Source of the DNA: Octopus sinensis
Lineage: Eukaryota
Assembly (NCBI RefSeq): GCF_006345805.1
Contig: NC_042998.1
Location: 154,504,001 to 154,568,000, forward strand
Length of the DNA stretch: 64,000 bases
Direction of reading: 5' to 3'
Part shown: positions 26,227 to 38,200 of the stretch, piece by piece
Position numbering within the stretch: the first letter of the stretch is position 1
How the letters are laid out: each line of letters begins with the position of its first letter
The notes under the pieces: generated by a model
Seen by the model: the letters and a program-made list of their open reading frames with translations, nothing else
Database searches by the model: none
Told to the model about the DNA's origin: nothing
Translations under genes and position numbers: made by a program

Positions 26227-26311
26227 GCTCACCAACTTGGACGGCAGGCTGATGTTTATGTAAAATCTGGTAAATTTGAAGAGGCTTTGCACTGTCATAA
26301 ACGCGCAGCAG
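26227..26311 (+). CDS. NRBF2: Internal coding exon of nuclear receptor-binding factor 2 (MIT domain; autophagy PI3KC3-C1 subunit), equivalent to vertebrate exon 2
   Basis: Polypyrimidine tract and ccacag acceptor, 85 bp, gtagtt donor (phase 0 to phase 1); AHQLGRQADVYVKSGKFEEALHCHKRAA aligns without gaps to recalled human AHQQSRRADRLLAAGKYEEAISCHKKAA. Confidence 0.85.
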
Positions 26312-27569
26312 GTAGTTTTAAAATTAATGAATTTCTATTTTATTTTATTAATTTTTTAAAAACTTTTAATAAATGATTCATATTTCAGAGAAAAATACAT
26401 ATTAGGTTAAAGTTCAGAACCTGAGGAAATAGTGATGGTCTGTTCCAGCATTATTTAGTCCATAGTTTGATGAGTTCAGCTGCCATGAGGGGTGTAGAAT
26501 TCTTTCTTTTGAGCCTTGCCCTACATCTGAGTATAAAAGAGAGAGAGAGTTGGTGTTATTTTGGTAGTGAGATTAAATAAATGGAAGAAATTGAAGTTGA
26601 AAGAGTAGTTATGGTAGTTGTGGTGTGGTACAATACTGAGAAGGTAGAGAGAAAGAGAAAACAAGAGAGAAAAAGAAAGAGAAAGCTGAGGTGAGAAGAT
26701 TAGGAGACTGGGGTATGAAGTGGCCAAAAGGGGAGAAAGGTAAGAATTAGAGAAGGAAAGTAGAAAGAGCCAATTCTTTAAACAAGGCAAAAATAAAATG
26801 AGTTCTAGTAAAGATGAGGTGGAGCCTAAGTATCAGGAGTCAAATGCAACCATACAAACACATGTAAAAACTTCCTTTTTCCTAAGTATGTTAATCAAAT
26901 CAGGTTTTTGAAATTATCTCCCCTACTTACCCAGTTTTTTTGTTTACAGTGCTCAGTACATCTCTAACTGAATTGGCTTAATTCATAGATTGGTTCTTTC
27001 AGTTATTTTTCTCTTCACCAAGTTTATTTTATATATCAATATGTATACTTACCTAGCTACTTATCTACATACCTATCTACCCTCCTGCCTGTCTGCCTCT
27101 TTTCCTTTTTCCCTTCAAAACTGGAAAATGGAAACCCATAATATATATATATACTTTTCTACTTTTTAATTGGCTGAAAGCTACAACAGTGACTTAATAG
27201 GTCAAGTGTTCTGTGCAAGGCTGACTTCAAATTTGAGAGCTTGTTTCCTATATAGTGTGAATTGCGATTTACTATGGAAGGTTTCATTCAGAATTAATAT
27301 TGGAGAAGTAATTGTGAAAATTGTGTATTTCAAATAATCTGCCAATAAAACAGAGGGTAGGCTTGAGTGAAAATGAAATGAAAATAAAAACAAAAACGCT
27401 TTCACACACACACACTCACATACATACATATACACCACAGGACAGTAAAGTTTATCCAAGCATATACTTGCACATATTTATATATTAACATATAAATATT
27501 ATGTCAGTAGAAATACAATTACATATACATATTTTCCAATGAACAGACACAGTTGGACATGCATCATTA

Positions 27570-28020
27570 TACTAGGTGTTTTATGAAAGTTCTCAGACTT
27601 TTTCAGAAGAGACGTTTATTAATTTTAAAGAAATATAAAACTCTAATCTTCAAGTTATGATTCTGATGTCAGTGTACCTGTTGTAGCACACCAGCCACTT
27701 TGTAAAGGTACCATGGAAATCCTCCAAAATGAAAGTGACCAATACCCTTGTCACAGCCTCTTTCATCTTCAAACAACTGCCGTTAAGGTTCTCTTTCAGC
27801 TTGGAGAACAACCAAAACTCACAAAGAGCAAGGTCTGGAATGTAGTGATGTGAAGGAGAATTTTGATGTCCATCCCTGTCATGTAGTTGGATGCTTGTCA
27901 CTGAGCACCCTAGGAAAAGACTTAGTACAAATTTTGCCTATATTCAGATCTTCATGAATAATTCTGTGTACAAAAGACCATCATGTGTCCATAAAGATAA
28001 TTAAGCACACTAACTCCAAA
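27570..28020 (-). mobile_element. Mariner-like transposase C-terminal relic
   Basis: ORF 27650-27901 HHYIPDLALCEFWLFSKLKENL is a decayed YSPDLAPCDFWLFPKLK motif. Confidence 0.75.
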
Positions 28021-28319
28021 CTGTAGACACACAACAGTCTTCATCCAGAAAATTGTGAACATCCTCAACCAGCTCTTTTCTCCTTTTGACACTTCTCATT
28101 GTCTTATTGTGTGTGTGTGTCTGTGTTTGCCCACCACCATTACTTGAAAACTGGTGTTGATTTGTTTACTTCCCCATAACTTAACAGTTCACCAAAAGAG
28201 ACAATAGAAAAATAATAAGTTCTAGGGATGATATATTCGACTAAAATTCCTCAAGGTGGTGCCTCAACATGGCCACAATCTAAACACTGAAATAGATAAA
28301 AGATATATACATATCTCTT

Positions 28320-28780
28320 GGGGAAGAGACTGCTGTTTCCCCAGATTGTTCATACAACCCTGAAACCAGATGTGGTTCTGTGGTCTAAAAAGACCAACAA
28401 AATGATCTTGCTTGAGCTTGCAGTCCTGTGAGAAGAAGGGTGTGATCAAACCCATGAATTGAAGCATGCCAAGTATGAGATCCTTCTGCAGGATTTCAGG
28501 GAGAAGGGATGGCAGTTATGGCTTTTCCCATTTGCACTTGGCTGTCGGGGTTTCCCTGCATAGTTAGTATGGATAATGTTTGCAACCATTGGAATGAGTG
28601 GAAAGAAGTGAAGGGTGGCTGTGTGCAAGATGGGAGAGGCAGCTGAAAAATCCTCTTGTTGGTTATAGAGCAAGAGAGATGAGAAGCAGTGGTTTGGCCA
28701 CCTCTGCTGACCCATCAGTGGGAGGGTGTTATGATTAAGGGCTAATGATAATTGGATACCGCCTGATTACATCAGTTCCT
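28320..28780 (+). mobile_element. 3' fragment of an RLE-type non-LTR retrotransposon (HERO/R2-like)
   Basis: Manual translation LKPDVVLWSKKTNKMILLELAVL*EE..HELKHAKYEIL..KGWQLWLFPFALGCRGF..AAEKSSCWL. Confidence 0.7.
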
Positions 28781-28894
28781 TCTGTCCCATTCACGTTGGT
28801 GAGTGGAAACATGCATCTTCTTCTAGGTGTTATCAACATAAATATATATGTATATTTTGGGAATTTGTTGCAATTGTTTCATATCCCAATGATA

Positions 28895-29200
28895 ATCATA
28901 TTTGTCACAAAAAAATTGTGTAAAAAAAATTGCCGAAAACAATCGCAGTAATGAAAGCGTAGAAATCCAAAATTTCAGGATTGCAGGTCTGGATTCAGCC
29001 CAGAATGTTTTTAATTTACTCACCAAGTTAACCTTTAGATTATAAAAATTGTTATTGTACAAAAAATTATGTTGCAAAAAGTCATGTTAAAAAATCGCCG
29101 TAAACAATCACAGTAATGAAAACTTGAGAATTCAAAATTTCAGGATTATGGATCCAAGTTTGGCATGGAATGTTTTTAATTTACTCATGGAGTCAGCCTG
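28895..29200. repeat. Tandem duplication, approx. 175-bp unit x2
   Basis: aaaaaatt/cgccg.aaacaatc.cagtaatgaaa..caaaatttcaggatt..gaatgtttttaatttactca occurs twice. Confidence 0.75.
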
Positions 29201-29304
29201 ATCCCAAAATGGTATGATATGTTGGACTATGGCCTCTAGGAGTAAAGTTGAAAAAGTGTGACACACTGACATTCACATTTATTATATTATATCATATTAT
29301 ACTA

Positions 29305-29525
29305 AGATGGTGAGCTGGCAGAATCGTTGACATGCCAGGCAAAATACTTGGCGGTATTTTGTCTGCTATTAGGTTTTGAGTTGGAATTCCACTGAGGTTG
29401 ACTTTACCTTTCATCCATTTGGGGTCAATAAAATTAGCACCAGTTATATACTGGGGTCAATGTAATCGACTTAATCCTTTCCCCCAAAATTCAAGGCTTT
29501 TGTGCTTCTAGTAGAAAGGATTTTT
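29305..29525 (+). mobile_element. tRNA-derived SINE
   Basis: ggtgagctggcagaatcgtt head; gagttggaattcc B-box-like; gactttacctttcatcc..ggggtc core; related copy at 52830-53000. Confidence 0.7.
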
Positions 29526-29574
29526 TAAAGTTGAAAAAGTGTGATGCACTGACATTCACATTCCTTATATTAGA

Positions 29575-30450
29575 TATCTGTGAGTGTAGTGGGTGCTTTT
29601 TACGTGCCACCAGCACAGGTGCCGGGGGAGGCTGGCAGCAGCCACGATCGGTTGGTGCTTTTTGTGTGCATCGGCAAGGAAGCCAGTCAAGGCGTCGCTG
29701 GCATCGGCCACGTTCAGATGGTGCTCTTTACGTGCCACCAGCACAGGTATCACAACTGCAATTTCATTTGATTTTTTTTATGTTGATGTACTTGAGTCAA
29801 TAGGTCTCCTCAAGCACAGCAGTTCACCCTAGGATCCAAGGTAAGCACAACAGGCTGTCCTGCGATCCAAGATACTTTGGATGAGCTGGGGCTTCTCTGT
29901 GAAGCTAGTGCAGGAAACAGCCATGAACTCACATTATTTGTCGGATCTTCGCAGTCACAGCATATCTTCAGAGGTCTCAGTCTTTCGTCATTGCCTCTGT
30001 GAGGCCCAACGTTCGAAGTCATGCTCGACTACCTCATCCCATGTCTTCCTGGGTCTACCTCTACCCCAGATTCCTTCAACTGTTTGGGAGTGGCACTTCT
30101 TCACACATCTCTCCTCATTCATCCATAGTACATGACCATACCAGCGCAAACGTCTCTCTTGCACACCACATCCAATGCTTCTTTCAGCATTTCTCTCAGA
30201 GCGATTACACTCCGTCGTGTGTGCACACTGACATTACACATCCAGCAGCTCATGCTAGCTTCATTTCTTTCAAGCCTATGCCTGTCCTCTGCAGTCAATG
30301 CCCATGTTTCACTGTCGTGAAGCATAGCAGTTCACACACATGCGTCGTACAATCTACCTTTCACTCTGAGCGAGAGACCCATTGTCACCAGTAAGGGTAG
30401 AAGCTTTCTAAACTTTGCCCAGGCTATTCGTATTCTAGTGGTGACACTCT
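29575..30450 (-). mobile_element. RTE-family LINE 3' portion (C-terminal coding region plus 3'UTR)
   Basis: ORF 30119-30325 MLHDSETWALTAEDRHRLERNEASM..WMCNV; the 3'UTR shares motifs with 3985-5095. Confidence 0.8.
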
Positions 30451-30451
30451 C

Positions 30452-31330
30452 TGAGCAAACAATACCATGAGCCTCAGATAAAGGTGAACGGACAGATCCT
30501 ACGAGCGGTGGAAAACTTCACCTACCTGGGCAGCACTCTCTCCTGCAATGCCAACATAGATGCTGAAATCATCAACAGAATCTCCAAGGCAAGCAGCGCG
30601 TTTGGGAGACTGCGAAAGAAAGTCTGGGAGCGGAGAGGAATCAGCCTCAACACCAAGCTGAAAGTCTACCGGGCAGTCGTGCTTACCACCCTACTATACG
30701 GCTGCGAGACGTGGACTGCTTACCGAAGGCACGAGCGCCAGATAAACCACTTCCACCTCAGGTGTCTTCGGAACCTCCTTCACATCCGCTGGCAGGACAG
30801 AGTCCCAGACACGGAAGTTCTGAAGCAGGCAGATCTCCCTAGCACCATCACGATCATGCGCAAGGCCCAGCTGAGATGGGCGGGTCACATCTCCCGCATG
30901 TCCGACACTCGCATCCCAAAACAGCTCTTCTACGGTGAACTCAGCCAGGGCAAACGCAAAGTCGGAGGGCAGAAGAAGTGCTTCAAGGACAGTCTCAAGG
31001 TCTCTCTCAAAGACTTCTCCATCGGCACAGAGACTTGGGAGACACTTGCTGCCGACCGCTCATCTTGGCGCAGTGCAATCACCACAGGAGCAAGGACAGC
31101 CGAGGAGGGACAGATTCGGTCAGCAGAGCAGAAACGCCAGATGTGGAAAGCCAGAGCCGCCTGCACCAGTAGCACAGCCCCTACCCGCTTCTGCTCCACC
31201 TGTGGGAGGGGCTTCCTTGCCCGGATTGGCCTCACCAGCCACCTCCGGTCTCATAGCGGCAGTTCCACCAGATGATGTCAGTGGCCATCTTCGAACCCGA
31301 AGGACGAACATTATTATTATTATTATCATT
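30452..31330 (+). mobile_element. 5'-truncated, young RTE (BovB-like) LINE 3' end with an open reading frame
   Basis: Uninterrupted 263-aa frame 30484-31275: FTYLGSTLS, KASSAFGRL, LLYGCETW, QLRWAGH, PKQLFYGEL, C-terminal C2H2 finger CSTCGRGFLARIGLTSHLRSH; short 3'UTR and (ATT)n tail. Confidence 0.93.
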
Positions 31331-31369
31331 ATATATATGTATATGTGTATATATATATTATGTATATGC

Positions 31370-31415
<46 letters not shown>

Positions 31416-31600
31416 ATATATATATATAATGTATATATGTATATATATGTGTATATATATATGTATTATATATATTATGTATATATATATGTATATGTAT
31501 GTATATATATGATGGACCGTGAAGTCTGGCGTAACATAGTAAATTCCATTGTCTCGACCACAGTCGAACAATAATAATAATAAATATATATATATATATA

Positions 31601-31932
31601 TATAAAATATTATTTGAGACAAAACCACTATTTTGCAAAACAAACAAGGAAAGACTTAATCAATACATAAAATTTAATAAATAGTCAAAAAAACCGCCAC
31701 TACAATCGTTTCTTGTCTTGATCGACAATCTTCAGGTGGACTTCCAATAATTCAGTTACAAATTATGAATAATTTGTAACTGAATTATTGGAAGTCCACC
31801 TGAAGATTGTCGATCAAGACAAGAAACGATTGTAGTGGCGGTGTTTTTGACTATTTATTAATTTTATGTATTGATTAAGTCTTTCCTTGTTTGTTTTGCA
31901 AAATAGTGGTTTTGTCTCAAATAATATTTTAT
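31601..31932. repeat. Near-perfect palindrome (about 165-bp arms, 2-nt spacer GA at 31767-31768) of a Penelope pseudo-LTR-like sequence
   Basis: Arms are reverse complements except for about 2-3 positions. Confidence 0.92.
31796..31838 (+). ncRNA. Minimal type I hammerhead ribozyme; mirror copy on the minus strand at 31697-31739
   Basis: ccac, CTGAAGA, stem II ttgtc(gatcaa)gacaa, GAA, ACGATTGT (palindromic stem III with one G-U), A, gtgg; full catalytic core, GUA cleavage triplet. Confidence 0.78.
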
Positions 31933-31934
31933 AA

Positions 31935-32024
31935 TATTTTACTATAAAATTGGATTTAATCCTAAATCTGATTTTTTTTCCCTGTAAATTTGGATATATT
32001 CCCTAATATTTATTATTATATATA

Positions 32025-32064
<40 letters not shown>

Positions 32065-34455
32065 TGTTATATTAAATTAGAGATAAAACCACTATTAGGC
32101 AAATCAAACAGTGAAAAACATAAGCCAATACATAAAATTAATTTAAAATATAAAAGTTAAAAATAAAAAATTATTTAAATAATTTAAACTTATAAATTTT
32201 ATATATATATACAAATATATATATATGTATGTATGTATGTATATTTTTATATTTATATATTATTTTATTAATTAATTAATTAATTATTTATTTATTTTTA
32301 AAAATTTTATTTTATATATCAAAAGTATTAAAAGTTTAATAAAAGATAAAGAGTAAAACACTACGATCGTTTCATGGCTGTACCAATTCGAATAACAATA
32401 ATTTAAATCCAATTAATAATTCGAGTTATGGTTACAGTCAATCTTCAGGTTAATTGAAATATTTTTAAAATAATCAGAAATATTTAAACAATATTTTTAA
32501 GATATAAATAATATAATAATTTTACTTATAATAAACTCTATTATCAAACTAGAAACTTAAAACTTAACAATTATGATTATATCTAAATCAATTATAATGT
32601 TAAATATTAATTTTAATTTATAAGGTAGGAAACCCACCAATAATTTAATATCGGCAATTTAATATCTAATTACATAAATATAAAAAAAAAAATAAATAAC
32701 TATTATATATAAATTATCAATGAAAATATATAAATGTATATAAATATTATAATTAAGATCTAAAATAATCTCTATAAATAAATATATATGCACATATAAT
32801 AAAAACCTAATAAATTAATTTTTCATATTTAAAGATGAAATAGCTAATTTCAAAATTCAAACAAACAAACTTAAATGAACTTTCGGAAATCTTATGTAAA
32901 ATACTTATAGAAATAATCAATTCGTAGTTATATAGTATCGAATAAATACTATAAATATAATTATCAATGGGAATAACTAGCGAATATCAATTTTAAAAGA
33001 CAATAACTAAGTTATGCTATTAAGTTAGACATGGCCTGGACCAATCTTTAGTCGAAACATATCTAAGTTTATCAAAGTTTATCTAATTTTAATTATAAGA
33101 AATTTAAAACTACAATTAATACTATTAATACATGTATATACAAAAGCCTAACTTTAGACACCTCGTATATTTGCTATCAAACATAAATCTATCGCTAAGT
33201 AGTATCTTACGAATAAACTTAAATTTAATATCTAATAATATAGAAAATTACGATAATTAGATCATTACATAAACAACAATATTTACATAAGGAAAATATT
33301 ATTACACCAAAGACTTATAAAATATTAAAATTTACAATTTAAAGATCTTAAATATAAATAAAAAACTTATCTTAGCGAGGTTTTGTAATGAATGTAAATT
33401 TTAATATTTTATAAGTCTTTGGTGTAATAATATTTTCCTTATGTAAATATTGTTGTTTATGTAATGATCTAATTATCGTAATTTTCTATATTATTAGATA
33501 TTAACCCTATTTTATGATACTAATTGTTGTAGTTATAATTTCTAGGAGTATAATGTGTATAAATTAGCACGTAATCATATAGTGTATATTGCATAATTAG
33601 AATAAGATTAAACTAAGAAGTTTATAAAATAAGATTAAACTAAGATGTTTATAAAATAAATTAATTGATTAATGAATATAGATTATATTATAGAAATTTA
33701 GCTTACTTTATGTATCATATGTATTTTACGTATTTTAATTTTAAATTATTTAGACTTTAAAATTCTCCAGTAAATGGTATATTACAGTTAATTTTTTTCT
33801 TATTCTCATGGCTAAAATACATTTTGTCATTTTAACAACTTAAATACATATTTCTGTCTATTTATTCTATAATTTTTATTTACGCCATATTCTCATGCGA
33901 TATATTTCTTATAAACGCTAAGTTCTACGTATTACATTTAAAATTTTCGTTAACAGAAATTCTTTGATAAGTTATGGTTTTATTTTAAGTAATATTGTTA
34001 AATGTTTGTTGATTATTTATTGTTAAAACATGTATTTTTTCTATATTTATTTGATAATTATTATAAGTTAAGATATGTACATTTATTTTATTATTATTTT
34101 TATTACTATTTTAGACCCGATGAGTGACTATATTTTGAAATAGAATTAATCTTAGATCGATTTAATTTTAAATCAAATTGATTTTATTATTATTATCTAT
34201 TATTATCTATTTGAAAATATAGCCATGAAATGCGCATAATCAATGTACTACTATTTACTATTTATTGTTTATGTACTTTATTGATTTTTAGAATAAGGTT
34301 TTTATAGTATATTTATTTTTTCTATATGATGTGAATAACGTCTTTCACTATTGAATTGCTAAATAGAGGTTTTTCTCTCAATTATATAGATATATTATAT
34401 ATTGTGAAATTTGATTTAGAATTGCTAAATTGAATTTTTCCCTGTAAGTTTGGAA
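31935..34455. mobile_element. Extremely AT-rich Penelope-related relic/pseudo-LTR region with an internal inverted repeat (33225-33338 / 33394-33505)
   Basis: The pLTR-like motif gagataaaaccactatt..aatacataaaatt recurs (31615, 32080, and reversed at about 42440-42500); hammerhead motif present; coding remnants only tentative. Confidence 0.5.
32357..32452 (-). ncRNA. Hammerhead ribozyme motif with extended stem II
   Basis: Minus strand: taac, CTGAAGA, ttgactgtaacc..tcgaat..attcga..ggtacagccat, GAA, ACGATCGT, A, gtgt; stem I only weakly paired. Confidence 0.62.
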
Positions 34456-34519
34456 TTATATTCCCTACTATTATTATATATATGTGTGTGTATATATATA
34501 TGTATGTATGTATATGTGC

Positions 34520-36165
34520 TAGTAGATATACTACTAGCCATAGATGAGGTGGATGCAAAGTCAACTGCCGGTCCTGATGGTTTCCCAGCAATCCTCAAAT
34601 TGTGTAAGCATGCCTTGGTGAAACCTATACAAATTCTCTTCCAGAGCCTTCTTGCACATGGCAGGCTGCCAAGCAAACTGAAGGAGGGAATAATATGCCC
34701 AATCCATAAAGGAGGAAGCAGAGCAGATGCCAAAAACTATTGGCCTATCTCTCTGACTTCACACATCAGCAAAGTCATGGAACAGATAGTCAGAGGGAAA
34801 CTAATCGCATTCCTTGAAGAAAATAACTTGCTGAGTGATACCCAGCATGGCTTTCTACCAGGTAGGAGCTGCCTCACCCAGCTCTTATAGCACTATGACT
34901 GAGTGTTGAGGCAGTTACTCAACAACTCAAATGTAGACGTAATATACCTTGACTTTGCAAAAGCTTTTAACAAAGTGGATCATGGTATGATATACCACAA
35001 ACTCTGTGATCTTGGCATAGCTGGAAACCTTGGAGAGTGGTTACCTGACTTCCTGAAAGATAGAAGTCAGGCAGTCGTGGCCAATGGAGCCACCTCTATG
35101 AACACTTACATAGTGAGCGGTGTTCCACAGAGCACTGTCTTGGGGCCACTGCTTTTTATAGTGGCCCTCTCAGATATGCCCTCAGCTGCCTGGATAGCCA
35201 TCCATGCTAGCTATGCAGACGATACGAATATCTTGCAGAAAATACGCAACCTCAGTGATGTTGCTCACTTGCACCAGGAGTTGGACACAATTTACAGATG
35301 CAGTTTAATGCTGAGAAATTCCAAGCCCTGTGTTACTAGTGTCCAAAACTGAATATTAAACTTACAGGGTACACTGGTCCACAGGGGATTACAATAACAG
35401 AGCCTAAATCAGTGAGGGACCTGGGTATCGACATGAGTAATAATACCTCTTTTCAAATGCACATTACTAGGATGGCCACAAAGTGCAGACAACTGGCTGG
35501 ATGGATCCTGAGAACATTCAGGACCAGCGAGAAAGAAACCATGATGATCCTCTGGAGGACATTCATCTTCAGCCGCTTGGATTACTGCTCCCCGCTATGG
35601 TCACCCAACAGTGTAAAATTAACAGCGGACCTTGAAGCAATCCAGTGAAGCTTCACAAAGAAGATCGTCTCAGTGCAACAGCTCAGGTACTGGAAAAGGC
35701 TGAAATAGCTAAGACTTTACTCCCTGGAGCGAAGGCCAGAGAGGTAATATACATCGGGAAGATCCTGGAAGGAATTGTGCCAAATTTTGGCATTGACAGC
35801 TACACCAGTGCCAGAATGGGTTGACATTGCACAGCGCCAAAGATCCCAGCAATGCCATTGTTCTTCAGGATCAGTTACTGAAACAGCTTGGGTTTCAGTG
35901 GCCCACAGCTTTTTAATATTCTCCCAAAGAGTCTGAGGGATCTACATGAAGTGAATGTAGGTGCTTTCAAATCAAAACTGGACCTCTTCCTGTCGAGAGT
36001 CCTAGATGAACCTATCTCACAGCATGCGATGCAAATGAGGGTAGCTACATCAAACTCCCTTATTCACCAAATGCTACATATTAGAGGTAGCTCTCAATAA
36101 TAACAGTATAGCAAAACAGCAGTGCCCCAGCATGGCCACAACCCTGAGCTGAAACTACAAAAAAA
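34520..36165 (+). mobile_element. 5'-truncated CR1/L2-group LINE (degraded RT and 3' end with poly-A)
   Basis: ORFs 34450-34890, 34903-35352, 35412-35648, 35888-36100; tail gctgaaactacaaaaaaaaa. Confidence 0.9.
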
Positions 36166-36399
36166 AATATATGTATATATATATTGAGAAAAAAAATCAT
36201 CAGAATTTTGGAAAAAAATCATTTTATTTCTTCATTATTATTAGTGCTTTCGTTCCTTTCTCGAATTTGTCGAATAAAATTTTGTGGATGTACAAACATC
36301 TTGTTCATTTATATAAAACGTTTTTTTTGGGGTTTTGTTTGGAAGGGAACATTGTTTTTGTTTTTTTAAGTGAGATTCCAAGACAATGGTGATGGATAG

Positions 36400-36990
36400 A
36401 TAGAGATGTAGGTAGGTAGGTAGACTGATAGATAGACAGAGTGTTTCTTTATTGACCTCACAGGGCTGAACACAGAGGAGACAAAATACAAAGTAGAGCT
36501 TTTCTTTTTGGGAAGAGAAGGTAAAAAAAAAGCAGGGTAGAAATTTGATCAAAAGGGATCGTAAAAAAAAAAAAAGCCCGATCATTATGGATCATGTATC
36601 ACAAAGGTCATAATGTAAAAAGGGGAAACAGATTAGGTTTATCTGTGGAAAGAAAAGCCTATGGAAAAGACTACGGTAACCTTGGGCAATAATGAGAGGA
36701 AAGTGTTTGCCTTTAGACCTTTCAGACGTGTCCACCATGCACATTCTTTTGCCATAGCCACAAGTACGATGAAAATGGCTCTTCCTTCCCGTTTCAAGGA
36801 AGGAGTCACAACAATATTCACGATAGACTCGGTTGATAAGCTGACTTGTCCCACACACGATGGCAGTTGTTCAACATAGGCCCACAGGTCGGAAATGGTT
36901 GACATTGTATGAGTGTGTGCAGAATGGTTTCATCACTCTGACTGCATCTCAGGTAAATCAGCCTCATGTATATATATACTTCTGGTTTAT
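36400..36990 (-). mobile_element. L1/Tx1-like LINE 3' fragment
   Basis: CCHC finger LRCSQSDETILHTLIQC, LWAYVEQL, VAMAKECAWWTR; AATAAA then a (TCTA)n tail on the minus strand. Confidence 0.7.
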
Positions 36991-37619
36991 ATATATACTT
37001 CCGGTTTCGTAGAAGGACGTGTTCTTTCACTCTGTGAAAAAAACAAAAAAAGGGTCTGCATAAATCGACGAAATAATCTACTAAAACTAACAAAAACATA
37101 GAACTTGTTATCTCATAATGATCTACTAAAATATATTAATTAAAACCCATAATATATTTCGCTTCAAGCCAAATATAATACATTAAAGTTAGTTGCGCAT
37201 GCGAGATTCTTCACCGATAAAGCACGTGGTGGCAAATCTTTAATTTATTTCCAGCCTAATGTAAGAAGGAAAAAGAATTGTTTCCTTTTCTTTTTTGAAA
37301 GAAAACTTCTTCGTACAAGCATGAGGATTTGGAATTTTACCTCTTGCAAATAAGTATCCTTTTCATTTGTTTATTTTCCTTTAATGTAAGGTAACATCTG
37401 AGTTAGGAGTTACGACTCCATCTTTTTCACATTCTGAGAATAATTTTCTTTCAATTTCTATTTCAGCGTCCACTTCGCTTTCAATCTATCTTTCATTTCA
37501 TCTCTATAAGATTATCATTTAGAAATCTTTTTCATTTGTTTACTTTCCTGTAATTTAAGTTAACATCTGAGTTACGACTGAGTTAGAAATATAATCGTAA
37601 TTAGTTTATAATTATATAT

Positions 37620-38200
37620 TTCTTTCGTTTCCCCACACTCTTCATATCTACCCTCTTCCTCTCTCCTCCCTTACATATATTCCTCCACTTCCAGCTCCTC
37701 TCTCCCTTCCTTTATCTCTCTTTACGCCTACTCTTTCCCTCTCACTTGCATATCTTACTCTTTTTCTCATCTTTCTCCCTCCCTTTCATATCCTCCTCTT
37801 TTCTCACTTCTCTTTCCTTTCCATCTCACATCTACCTCTCCTCCCGTCACCTCACCCTCTCACTCATATACTTTTCATATGCCTATTATTCTCACTCCGT
37901 CTCTCCCTCTCTCTCACATCCTTCATCCTTTCCTGTCTCTCTTTCTCTTTCCCTCTTCTCCTTCTCTCTGTCTCATTTTCTATTCCCCTCCCTCACGTTG
38001 TCTCTCTTTCTCTCCCCCTCCTCTACCTTCCTCTGTTTCTTTACCACACCCCCTCTCTTTCCTCATATCACCCTCTCTATTTCTTTCATAGCACCTCTCT
38101 CTTTCCTTCATATCTCCCTCTCTCTTGCCCTATTTCCCCCCTCTGTGTTTCTCCATCTCTACCTACCTCTATCTCTCATTACCTCTCTAGCCTCTACTCC
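37620..38200. repeat. CT-rich polypyrimidine low-complexity tract
   Basis: Direct reading; the S/L/F-rich ORFs here are artefacts. Confidence 0.85.

Noticed and set aside
26955-27000. Acceptor-like site as NRBF2 exon 3 (also 58701)
   Set aside because: Translations in the required phase do not resemble the NRBF2 MIT helix that follows exon 2
28720-28780. ctgattacatcag near the 3' end of the HERO-like fragment as a ribozyme
   Set aside because: No GAAA half or stems present in this copy
33025-33070. gac..gtc-GAAACATATCT hammerhead-like remnant, and ccgatgagtgac..gaaa at about 34117
   Set aside because: CUGANGA core incomplete and stems unsupported; at most decayed relics
37190-37230. GCGCATGCG (NRF1-like) and CACGTG (E-box) motifs as a promoter
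   Set aside because: Short motifs expected by chance; no CpG island or linked first exon identified
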